The position numbers and the translations under genes are program-made. Below, piece by piece: positions 8,615 through 17,347 of a stretch of 21,553 bases of DNA. Source of the DNA: Promethearchaeota archaeon (GTDB lineage Archaea; Asgardarchaeota; Lokiarchaeia; Sigyniarchaeales; SOKP01); contig JBHLON010000045.1 in the NCBI GenBank assembly GCA_048940445.1, forward strand, positions 1 through 21,553, given 5' to 3'. Each line of letters begins with the position of its first letter. The first letter of the stretch is position 1. Below the pieces are notes generated by a model, which saw only the letters and a program-made list of their open reading frames with translations, made no database searches and was not told where the DNA came from.

Positions 8615-8620
8615 CAAGAA

Positions 8621-9556
8621 ATGAATAGTAATAATTACTTAATATTAGCTGGCGGAGTTGGAGCAGCAAAATTTATCGATGGATTAGCACATGTAATAAA
8701 TCAGGAAAAACTCAATATCGTAATAAATACTGGTGATGATATTGAACTATTTGGTTTGAGAATTTGTCCAGATATAGATATCATAACTTATACTTTAGCA
8801 AACGAAATTGATGAAAAAAAAGGATGGGGTTTTAAAAATGAAACTTTTAACTGTTTAAATGTTCTAAGGAAGTATTATCAGTTTGGATGGTTTAATCTCG
8901 GAGATAAAGATCTTGCAACTCATTTGTTTCGTACAGATTTGTTTAAGCAAGGATTAAATAAAGCAGAAATTACTTCCATAATTTCTGAAAGATTAAATGT
9001 AAAAGCTCAACTATTCCCAATGTGTAATGAAGATGTGAAAACGACTATTATCACAGAAATCAAATCTATGCATTTTGAAGAATATTATCTTAAATACAAA
9101 TGTGAACCCAAAATCAAGGGAATTAAATTTAATGGCATAAGTAAGGCAAAACCAATAGAAGATGTTTTAAGATATATTAAGAATGCTAAAAAAATAATCA
9201 TTTCTCCATCAAATCCAATAGTTTCAATTGGAACCATTCTTCAGGTTAAAGGAATTAAAAAAGCATTAAGAGATGTGAAGGAAAAAGTGATTGCTATATC
9301 ACCTATTATTGAAGGAAAAACAGTTAAAGGACCAGCGGATAAATTGATGGACTTCTTAGATTTAGAAGTTTCATGTATAGGAGTAGCAAAATATTATCAA
9401 GATTTCTTAGGAACTTTTATAATTGACAATAAGGATTGCCATTTAAAGTCTAAAATACAAGAATTTGGTATAAAGACATATTGTTTTGATACAATAATGG
9501 AAAATTTAGATAAAAAAAAGAAATTAGCACAGTTTGTGTTAAATATAAATGTTTAA
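8621..9556 (+). CDS. cofD: 2-phospho-L-lactate/phosphoenolpyruvate transferase (CofD/FbiA)
   Basis: LAGGVGAAKF, INTGDD, ICPDID, WFNLGDKDLATH, HFEEY, SPSNPIVSI and KGPA motifs. Directly follows cofE. Confidence 0.95.
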   Translation: MNSNNYLILAGGVGAAKFIDGLAHVINQEKLNIVINTGDDIELFGLRICPDIDIITYTLANEIDEKKGWGFKNETFNCLNVLRKYYQFGWFNLGDKDLATHLFRTDLFKQGLNKAEITSIISERLNVKAQLFPMCNEDVKTTIITEIKSMHFEEYYLKYKCEPKIKGIKFNGISKAKPIEDVLRYIKNAKKIIISPSNPIVSIGTILQVKGIKKALRDVKEKVIAISPIIEGKTVKGPADKLMDFLDLEVSCIGVAKYYQDFLGTFIIDNKDCHLKSKIQEFGIKTYCFDTIMENLDKKKKLAQFVLNINV

Positions 9557-11001
9557 GTCATCGCTCCTTCTACTTTTACTTCTTCCTTAACTTTCTCTTC
9601 TTTTAGTTCTTCCTTTTTTACATAATCTCCGACAGAAGTCAGAATTTCTTTGATCCTTCCTTCTTGCTGCAATTTAATGATCAAATTTCTATGTTTTATA
9701 TATGAAACAATTTTTGAAATTATTGGAAATACTAACATTATTGGTAATAATAAGATAACAATAACTTCTGGAGAATACATAGCCACACTTTCAGTGATTG
9801 CTGGTGGTAAATTAAAAATGTCCTCTAAGAACCATCGTGGGTGGATAATGATAAAACTAATTATGATTAATACAACGAGACGTAGAGTGATATTTATAAG
9901 AGTCGAAATCGCTAAACTTTTCGGTGTTGGTGATGAAGTTCTCGCTGTTAGTGTGTCTTCTGCTTCAGAATCTTCACGAAAAAGCCTCTCTACATATCTT
10001 CCTAATCTTCTTGTTTTAGATGCTGCAGATACTAACTTCTTCTCTTCTTCTTCTAACTTTCGTTTTTCAATCATTTCTTTGACATAAGAAAATTTTTCAC
10101 TCGTTTGAGCAAAAAATTTACTGAGCGTCGTTTTTTCACCCATTTCTAATTCTTCTATTCTCTTTTTAGCTTCTTGTTTAATCTTATCCACATTTGCAAT
10201 GATAAAATGTGATTCACTTTGTAGTATGCTTAATTGAGTTTCTAATCTACCACTCCTTTCCAAGGAAGGTCTAGTTACTGTCTCTGTATAGTTAATTTGA
10301 AATGCTAATTCTATATAGATATAAGATATAATGGCAAGCAATATAACTGGGCTTGCAAGGAAAAGAAAGAAATTATCTAATGGAATACTGTTAAAAGAAT
10401 CACTTAAGGGTATTGGCAAGCCCTCTAAATAACTATTTGAGATATGAAATAAATCCATCATATTGTTATATCCTGTTAAAATTAGAGGTACTACAATCAT
10501 TAATACTAATGCGCCTATAGCAGTTAAATCATATTTAGGGTTAGTTTTAAAGAAACTCCTCATTGCATAAAGAATTGATATTACAAATAGCAGCTGAAAA
10601 GTAATCAGATAAAAATCTCCCATAAAAATTGAAACTTCATTTAGAATTAAACTTGGAATTTGATCTATAGTAGGAGACGTTCCGGATGGAAAAGTAAACC
10701 AAAGACTTAGAAAATTCTTAAAAAATCCCTCGATAAAAGTAAACATAAAATTACGATTAACAAATGAAAAAAAAGCAATCGAAGCTAAAAATGCACATCC
10801 TATTGCTATTATGTAAGCACCGCCAAAAATAATAAAGGTGAATATATTTTTCAAACTATTTAGAAATGCTAATAAAGCAAATTCTCCGTCAGTTGTAAAA
10901 AGAACCTCGTTGAATTGAAAGATTGTAAAGAAAACTAATAATAACCATATATATAGTATCACATTGATTATCTTTAAGATTAGTAAATAGGATCTTGTCA
11001 T
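9553..11001 (-). CDS. Polytopic membrane protein of unknown function with a central charged coiled-coil loop
   Basis: 482 aa. About 5-6 hydrophobic segments in the N-terminal half, a ~130-aa E/K-rich helical segment (KIKQEAKKRIEELE, EKRKLEEEEKKL), two further TM segments and an E/K-rich tail. Starts 2 nt after the DUF58 gene stop. Confidence 0.8.
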   Translation of the reverse strand: MTRSYLLILKIINVILYIWLLLVFFTIFQFNEVLFTTDGEFALLAFLNSLKNIFTFIIFGGAYIIAIGCAFLASIAFFSFVNRNFMFTFIEGFFKNFLSLWFTFPSGTSPTIDQIPSLILNEVSIFMGDFYLITFQLLFVISILYAMRSFFKTNPKYDLTAIGALVLMIVVPLILTGYNNMMDLFHISNSYLEGLPIPLSDSFNSIPLDNFFLFLASPVILLAIISYIYIELAFQINYTETVTRPSLERSGRLETQLSILQSESHFIIANVDKIKQEAKKRIEELEMGEKTTLSKFFAQTSEKFSYVKEMIEKRKLEEEEKKLVSAASKTRRLGRYVERLFREDSEAEDTLTARTSSPTPKSLAISTLINITLRLVVLIIISFIIIHPRWFLEDIFNLPPAITESVAMYSPEVIVILLLPIMLVFPIISKIVSYIKHRNLIIKLQQEGRIKEILTSVGDYVKKEELKEEKVKEEVKVEGAMT

Positions 11002-11003
11002 AA

Positions 11004-12332
11004 CTAAAACGCCCTCCCCTTTTTTTTTGCTTCCATATAATTAGCTAATACCTGATTCATCATATCATCAGGGCCTACTGTGATAATGTTAATTCCAAGA
11101 TTTCTAAGATCTTGTTTTATCTTAAGAATATGTTCCATCATCTCTTCGCTTATGGCTTCGGCTAGAGCCTTGTCAGTCGAGGATAGATCAATTTCATGAA
11201 TCTCAAACCATGGACTAAATGGATTAATTAATATGACTGTGTGATTAAAAGGTATTAATTTTCTCAATGCTTGTCCAATCTCTTTTATATCTGACTCCAA
11301 ATCTGATATAAGAAAGATCAAACTTCTTTTTTGATATCTTCTAATAAAATGATCCATAGCTTCAACCATTCGGCTTTTTCCTTGAGGCTTAATTTTAGCA
11401 ACAAAATCTAACACTTGGTAAAAGTGATCTTCCCCTCTTCCAGGTTTTAAAAACGCAAAATTTTTTTTATCTGAAAAGGTAAATACACCCACGTTATCTT
11501 TACGTGTTAATGCAACTTTAGTTAAAAGCATACAAGCTCTTATTGCATATTCAAACTTTGTATTTTCAATAGCGCCTCCAGCCATAGAATTTGATGAATC
11601 AAGAATTACTATTAAAGTAATATCTCTTTCACTTTCGAATTCTTTTACTATTAACTGTTGAGAACGAGCACTTGCTTTCCAGTCTATTAATCTAAATTGA
11701 TCTCCAAATACATATTTCCTCATGCCATAAAATTCTGAACCAAGCCCTTTTTGCTTAGATCGCTCCAAACCATAATTGAGCTGTAATGATCTTTTAGACC
11801 CCAAAATTTCAATCCTTTTAATATCTTCATATGGAGGGTAGACTAATATGTCTGAAACACTATTAGGAACTATTCTCTCTTCTGAATTAAAACCAAGTCT
11901 ATCTTTTATTGTAATTGATAAGGGACCTAAAGGATATTCTCCTCTTACTTTTGGTTCTAGAACATAAGAAAACTTAATCAAACCTTTTGAACCTATACGA
12001 GTAGAAATAAAATTTTCACCTAAAACTAACCGAAAAAGCTCTGGATTATAATAATCTCGAATTTCAATAAAATCAAAACTTCTTTTTCCAGTATTCTCCA
12101 CAATTACCTTTATGTGAACAAAATCATCTTTGAATACTTTCTCCTTTTCTAATTCACGATGAACTCGTAACTCCTCTACATTCATACTCCAATAGAAAAC
12201 GGGTAAACTAATTATTGTACTAAATAATAAAAGGATGGCAAAATATATTAGATAATAATTTACAAATGCAAAACCGGCAGTAAGGAAAAAAATTGAAAAG
12301 AGAATTAATGTTCTTCCTTTCCCTCCAAACAT
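11004..12332 (-). CDS. DUF58-family vWA protein, membrane-anchored (MoxR partner)
   Basis: Two N-terminal TM helices, Ig-like segment ending RGEYPLGP, DUF58 motif GSEFYGMRKYVFGDQFRLIDWKASAR, MIDAS DSSNS and LISD. Adjacent to moxR. Confidence 0.92.
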   Translation of the reverse strand: MFGGKGRTLILFSIFFLTAGFAFVNYYLIYFAILLLFSTIISLPVFYWSMNVEELRVHRELEKEKVFKDDFVHIKVIVENTGKRSFDFIEIRDYYNPELFRLVLGENFISTRIGSKGLIKFSYVLEPKVRGEYPLGPLSITIKDRLGFNSEERIVPNSVSDILVYPPYEDIKRIEILGSKRSLQLNYGLERSKQKGLGSEFYGMRKYVFGDQFRLIDWKASARSQQLIVKEFESERDITLIVILDSSNSMAGGAIENTKFEYAIRACMLLTKVALTRKDNVGVFTFSDKKNFAFLKPGRGEDHFYQVLDFVAKIKPQGKSRMVEAMDHFIRRYQKRSLIFLISDLESDIKEIGQALRKLIPFNHTVILINPFSPWFEIHEIDLSSTDKALAEAISEEMMEHILKIKQDLRNLGINIITVGPDDMMNQVLANYMEAKKKGRAF

Positions 12333-12400
12333 TTTAGCTTAACCATCCTCTTAATTGCATTTCTAATTCATTACCATAATATATTTGTAGAGAGTTTACT

Positions 12401-13399
12401 TTAAATTGGAATAGGGATTTCCTCAATTATATTTTTGATCACTGATTTAACATCCAGACCTTCCAATTCTGCTTCTGGTTTTAGAAGTACGCGATGATTC
12501 AATGCAGGAAATATTAAGGCGCGTACATCATCAGGAGTCACATATTGTCTCCCTAAAATAGATGCTCGAGCTTTAGCACATTTCATTAATACTAAACTAG
12601 CTCTAGGACCGGCTCCCATGCTTAATTGTGGGTGATTACGAGTTTTCAATATTATATCTCTTATATATTTTAATATTCTATCATCGATATAGACTAAATT
12701 CATCAGTTTCTGTGCAGCGCGTATTTCTTGGGCACTAGTAATTTGTTCAACAGAAGGAGGCTCTCCTGAAATTTGTCTTCTCATAATTTCAACTTCTCCA
12801 TCCTCTTCGGGATAATCAAGCCACAGTTTCATTAAAAATCTATCTAATTGGGCTTCAGGAAGAGGATAGGTTCCTTCCATTTCTATAGGATTTTCTGTAG
12901 CTAGTACTATGAAGGGTTTATCTAGGGGAAGTGTTTGACCTTCTATTGTTACTTGCCTTTCTGCCATAGCCTCTAATAATGCAGCTTGAGTTTTTGGAGC
13001 ACTTCTGTTTATTTCATCTGCTAACACCACATTTGCGAAAATAGGACCTTTTTGAAGAATAAAACTACCTTCTTCTTGAGAAAATATTTTTGTACCCGTA
13101 ATATCCGCTGGGAGTAGATCTGGAGTAAATTGTACACGTCTAAATGAGATTCCCAATGTTTTTGCAAATGTTTTTGCCATAACTGTTTTACCTAGACCGG
13201 GTACTCCTTCTAAGAGTACATGTCCATTCACGAGAAGTGATATGAAGAGTTGTTGCAAGGTTTCTCCATACCCCACAATTACACGTGAAACCTCGCTTAA
13301 AACTTCTTGAGCCATTTCTCGAATTGGAGTTACATCGAGTTCCTCTCTCTCATAATATTTTGCTTTATCTGGGCCTTTTTCTACTTCCATTTTTTTCAC
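12401..13399 (-). CDS. moxR: MoxR-family AAA+ ATPase (start GTG 13399 or ATG 13390)
   Basis: GHVLLEGVPGLGKT (Walker A), RVQFTPDLLPADITG, LADEINR (Walker B), QAALLEAM and NPIEMEGTYPLPEAQLDRF. Confidence 0.97.
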   Translation of the reverse strand: MKKMEVEKGPDKAKYYEREELDVTPIREMAQEVLSEVSRVIVGYGETLQQLFISLLVNGHVLLEGVPGLGKTVMAKTFAKTLGISFRRVQFTPDLLPADITGTKIFSQEEGSFILQKGPIFANVVLADEINRSAPKTQAALLEAMAERQVTIEGQTLPLDKPFIVLATENPIEMEGTYPLPEAQLDRFLMKLWLDYPEEDGEVEIMRRQISGEPPSVEQITSAQEIRAAQKLMNLVYIDDRILKYIRDIILKTRNHPQLSMGAGPRASLVLMKCAKARASILGRQYVTPDDVRALIFPALNHRVLLKPEAELEGLDVKSVIKNIIEEIPIPI

Positions 13400-13457
13400 A
13401 TTTTTTCTTTTTCATTTTAATTTAAATTTAATTGGTTATCTTGAAAAAATTTATAAT

Positions 13458-15233
13458 TTAAATATTTTTGACAACCCATTCCATCTCAAAGAACAGGTTT
13501 TCAAAATCTTGTTCATTTTTAACTTTAGATTTTCCTTCTTTTATAGATAACATTCTATCCATGAATTTTGAAATTCTTTTTATTTTTACTTTTGAGATAT
13601 TTGGTTCTTTAGCTATTGCTAAATCAACCACATTTCTAGTCGAGATAACGCGATCTCCTAATTGAGAATTTAATTTACGCTCTAATCTTCTGTATAATAA
13701 TTTTAAAGCTTTACTATATTCATTGTTATTTCTAAACCATTCTATTTTTTGGGCAAAATAGGAAGATGTTCTAAATTTTTCACGCTCCTCCTTTTGTTCT
13801 TGCTTTTTAGCTTTCTTCTTTTGGGTTTTCTCATCCTTCTTTGGTAAATATTTTCTCAAGGTATAGACTGCAAGGAGCGGATATATCCAAGCTGTGATCG
13901 GATTTGTTGAAAGGTGTATAATGTACTGGGTAATAAAGCCAAAAATTCCTGCAGAACTTAAGTCTCGTGAATATTCAGGTCGAATGTGAGCTTCGTCAAA
14001 GGCTATGACCCAATCCTCTTTTGGATGATTATATGTTAGCCAATTTACAATATTAATGGCAAATTGACGATTATCAAAACCTGGCTCATTAATTAACTCA
14101 TTATCGAATAAGCTAGCATCTGCAGATAAAAAAATCCGACCTATGCCTGTATCTTTAGCTACGAATACTGCTTGCGACCTACATAATCCTAATCTGTCAG
14201 GAATACCAGGTATCATAGCAGAAATCATACTTAAATCCACATAGTCATCTGCTTCTTTATACATATGATCTCCGTTAACATCAACATAAGAATAGTCAGT
14301 GGTTGAACCGACTATATCCCAATCAAAATATCTTAAAAGCTCCCCTCCTGCAATTGCGGATGCTTCAGAAAGAATAACTTTATTAATTTTTGTAGGATCA
14401 GATGGATCAAGTGGATTGCTACCCGCAGTAGTAGGATGCCCTGGAAAGGACTCAATTACGGGAAAATCAGGTCTCATCTCATATGACTGATTATCTCTCA
14501 AGATGCCATTTGTAAATATTGTAACCGGAATAGCATCTTGAATATCAGGATCTAGAGCACTAGCGATAAAGATTTCCCATAATAAAGTACTTGTACTACC
14601 ATGATCATGACAGATCAAAAGAGAATTAGGGACAGTACTTTTAAAGAAATTGACAAAGTAGGGTATTTCAAATATCGGATTATAGAATTGATTTGGCCCT
14701 AATAATATTAATAATATAGACTTATTAAGATCATTAAGACGTTCAGTTGCACTTAGGCTAGATTGTATTGCCATTACATTATAACCCGCTTGTTCAAGAG
14801 TATTTTTAAAAACTGAAGCTCCATTCCAATCGTCGTTATATATTGAAAAGTTTTGATCATTCACTCCACGATCGAAAATGGGTCCTATTAATGGAATAAA
14901 AGCAAAAATAAAGATTGTAAGTAATAAGGCTTCTTTATAAATAGAACCTGTTTGAACTTTTTTACGAGATAGAACCTCTCTTGACTTTTGAACACTAATA
15001 TTTCGAAGAAAAATAAGAAAACCTATACCTAAGAAAATTGCACCAATATAACATACAAAAGGAATATAGCTTAAGTAAGAAGGTAATACATCACCAGGAT
15101 TATTTTCTTGATAGATAATCACAAAATCTGACATAAATATACCAAAAAAGATCAGAAATATGATAAAAAATACAAAGATTATTCCTTTTGATAAATTTAC
15201 ATTTTTTCCTTTGCTTTTTCCACTAATAGCCAT
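13458..15233 (-). CDS. DUF4350 / GIFT(GldG-IFT52)-like membrane protein with cytoplasmic C-terminal helical domain
   Basis: Three N-terminal TM segments, then FSIYNDDWNGASVF...GRIFLSADASLFDNELI...DNRQFAINIVNWL...IAFDEAH, typical of DUF4350-type proteins in MoxR clusters. Followed by a TM, a Lys-rich linker and a helical tail. Confidence 0.7.
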   Translation of the reverse strand: MAISGKSKGKNVNLSKGIIFVFFIIFLIFFGIFMSDFVIIYQENNPGDVLPSYLSYIPFVCYIGAIFLGIGFLIFLRNISVQKSREVLSRKKVQTGSIYKEALLLTIFIFAFIPLIGPIFDRGVNDQNFSIYNDDWNGASVFKNTLEQAGYNVMAIQSSLSATERLNDLNKSILLILLGPNQFYNPIFEIPYFVNFFKSTVPNSLLICHDHGSTSTLLWEIFIASALDPDIQDAIPVTIFTNGILRDNQSYEMRPDFPVIESFPGHPTTAGSNPLDPSDPTKINKVILSEASAIAGGELLRYFDWDIVGSTTDYSYVDVNGDHMYKEADDYVDLSMISAMIPGIPDRLGLCRSQAVFVAKDTGIGRIFLSADASLFDNELINEPGFDNRQFAINIVNWLTYNHPKEDWVIAFDEAHIRPEYSRDLSSAGIFGFITQYIIHLSTNPITAWIYPLLAVYTLRKYLPKKDEKTQKKKAKKQEQKEEREKFRTSSYFAQKIEWFRNNNEYSKALKLLYRRLERKLNSQLGDRVISTRNVVDLAIAKEPNISKVKIKRISKFMDRMLSIKEGKSKVKNEQDFENLFFEMEWVVKNI

Positions 15234-15285
15234 TTTTTCTTGAAGTTTTTTAATTTAGATAAAACATTTTTAACTTTTAAATAAA

Positions 15286-15666
15286 CTAAAAGTTTACAGC
15301 GTGTAATTTCTTTCCTGTCATTTCATTATAGAGATTTGAAAATAGTTCAATTGTATAATTCAGTTCATTATTGGTTGGCTCCACGCCTCCATAGATGATA
15401 TCTTCTATCTTTCTTATAAATGGATACACAGATTCAGGTTTTTGACCTAATTCACTGACACATGTAATAGCATATTCCCGAATTGTCTGATGTGCCAATC
15501 TCGGCTTCTTGTACTTTCTTCTAACTAAGTCATTATAAACTAAATAGATATAAGCTATAGCTTCTTTGGTTCTTTCCGATTGAACTAAAACTTTAACATT
15601 TTCAAAACTTTGTGTTACATCTAGCTCAGGTTCTTGTTGTTTTTTCTTTTTCTTTACTTTCACCAT
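15286..15666 (-). CDS. Stand-alone DUF4129-like small soluble protein
   Basis: 126 aa with EAIAYIY...HQTIREYA...IEDIIYGG pattern. Clearly homologous to the C-terminus of the upstream 522-aa protein. Confidence 0.7.
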   Translation of the reverse strand: MVKVKKKKKQQEPELDVTQSFENVKVLVQSERTKEAIAYIYLVYNDLVRRKYKKPRLAHQTIREYAITCVSELGQKPESVYPFIRKIEDIIYGGVEPTNNELNYTIELFSNLYNEMTGKKLHAVNF

Positions 15667-15762
15667 ACCAAAACCTTTTCCTTAAATCTTTTTTAATAAA
15701 TTATTTTTTACGAGTTTTTATTTTTTTGTAATTCTTTTTTTTCAAATTTGATTATATTCTTT

Positions 15763-17331
15763 TTAAAAATTCAATATAAAATTATATCCTGTTAATTGAA
15801 AGTAAATGGGTGAAAACAATTCTATTGTTTTATAAAAATCTTTCTCACCTATCTGAAATGGTTTTGCATAAATTATTTCTTCAATTTTTTGAATAAAAGG
15901 GTAAATGGTAGTAGGATTTAAATTTAAATCTTTTACACTAATTATAGCAAAATCCCTTATAGTTTCATTTCTACGTCTTGCTCTACCATATTTAGCATTT
16001 ACTAAATCCATATAAATTGCATTAAAGAGGTATGATAAAGATTCTTCCAACCTTCCAGAATCTTTAAGAATTTTTAAATTACGGATTTTACTTTCAAGTG
16101 GTAAACTTACAACTCTTGAAAGTTTATCTTGCTTTTTATAATAATAAAAACCATAAATTGCTAGTCCCGTTATAATACCACCTAAAATCGGTAAAAATAT
16201 TGCTAAGAACATCAAATAAGGCGTTTGATCTGGAGGTATAGGAGCAATTGGGACTTCAGCTTCAACATCAATATACTGAATTGTATCAACTCCAGTTCCA
16301 CTTATAACAATTCTTATACTACTAATTCCTACTCCAGCTGGAACAGGGAATACGTAAGAAAAGGCTCCACTGTTATCTGTTGTGTCTGAACCGATGTAGG
16401 TTGAATTATAAAATATATCTATATTTCGATTACCAATTTTTAGAGTTGAGTCTGTACTTGATATTAATGTTCCAGCAATATTCAAATCATTATTTTCGGT
16501 GATAGATGAAGGTAAATTCCATATACATGAAATGTCTGAAAAAATTTTAGTATCGTTAATTAAAATATCAGAATATCCTACATAGGGATAATCTGAAAAG
16601 TTCAATTTCAAAATCAAATCATCTTGTGGAACAAAGGGTATGGTAATGTAATTATTAGGGATTTTACCCGAGCTATCTGTAAAAAGAATATTCGAATCTA
16701 CGATATTTGAACCATCATACCAATAATAATTGATAAGTTTATTAGGTATCCCCATTCCGCTTTGAAAGTTTAGATATCCTTCAAAATTAAAAAATTCTCC
16801 ATGTAGAGAAGCTGATGGAGGATTTTGTACGTTAAAATAAGAAGTAGTATTTGTGAATATTAATAAGTGTGTACGATATTCTACATTATCTGGTGTTGGA
16901 TCAATAACTAGAGCTTCTATTGTATGGGCTAAATACACGTCAAGAGCTGGATCAACAATATAATTAATTAAGAAATATCCATTTATGTCTGTATCATCGT
17001 TAATACTTGAATACAATATGCCATTAATTTTTAGAGCAACAGTGAAGCCTATTTTTCCCTCATCAGTTATTCTATTGTATAATCTACCATAAATTTGTAT
17101 CGTAGAATTAAATGGATGGCGAGAGTTATTCACTCCATATGCATCTATCAAATCTAGGGTCGCCCATATACCAGAGGGTTTTAAATTTTTATTTTCGGTG
17201 TATGTTGCTATATTTGAATTGCAATTTAAACTAATTAAAGCTATTATTGAAAATATTAGACCTAAAATTAATTTAATTTTATTCCGCTGGAATTTTCCAA
17301 TGTTCTTCTTCAGATTGTTATTTTTTATCAT
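15763..17331 (-). CDS. Surface protein: signal/TM, about 3 Ig-like domains, TM helix, cytoplasmic DUF4129-like domain
   Basis: Basic plus hydrophobic N-terminus, three repeats with TD(I/S/N)(N/S)G motifs (TDINGYF, TDSSGKI, TDNSGAF), Pro-rich linker, TM (LMFLAIFLPILGGIITGLAIYGFYYY) followed by KK, and tail NETIRDFA...IEEIIYA. Confidence 0.75.
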   Translation of the reverse strand: MIKNNNLKKNIGKFQRNKIKLILGLIFSIIALISLNCNSNIATYTENKNLKPSGIWATLDLIDAYGVNNSRHPFNSTIQIYGRLYNRITDEGKIGFTVALKINGILYSSINDDTDINGYFLINYIVDPALDVYLAHTIEALVIDPTPDNVEYRTHLLIFTNTTSYFNVQNPPSASLHGEFFNFEGYLNFQSGMGIPNKLINYYWYDGSNIVDSNILFTDSSGKIPNNYITIPFVPQDDLILKLNFSDYPYVGYSDILINDTKIFSDISCIWNLPSSITENNDLNIAGTLISSTDSTLKIGNRNIDIFYNSTYIGSDTTDNSGAFSYVFPVPAGVGISSIRIVISGTGVDTIQYIDVEAEVPIAPIPPDQTPYLMFLAIFLPILGGIITGLAIYGFYYYKKQDKLSRVVSLPLESKIRNLKILKDSGRLEESLSYLFNAIYMDLVNAKYGRARRRNETIRDFAIISVKDLNLNPTTIYPFIQKIEEIIYAKPFQIGEKDFYKTIELFSPIYFQLTGYNFILNF

Positions 17332-17347
17332 AAAATTTTGTGTTTCA

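Noticed and set aside
9650-14490. Plus-strand ORFs 9650-10087, 13468-13665 and 14299-14490
   Set aside because: Antisense to well-supported membrane-protein genes, with composition typical of reverse-frame reads.
15667-15762. T-tracts in the intergenic gap as an archaeal terminator
   Set aside because: The tracts are on the + strand while both flanking genes are on the - strand, where the sequence reads A-rich.
16135-16245. Pro-rich linker plus TM plus KK as a C-terminal sorting signal (PGF-CTERM or Loki-CTERM-like)
   Set aside because: It is followed by a ~120-aa cytoplasmic domain and lacks a PGF/PGY motif, so it is an internal TM.
17215-17240. Possible lipobox (ISLNC) in the 522-aa protein
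   Set aside because: Poor match to L-[AS]-[GA]-C, so it cannot be supported.
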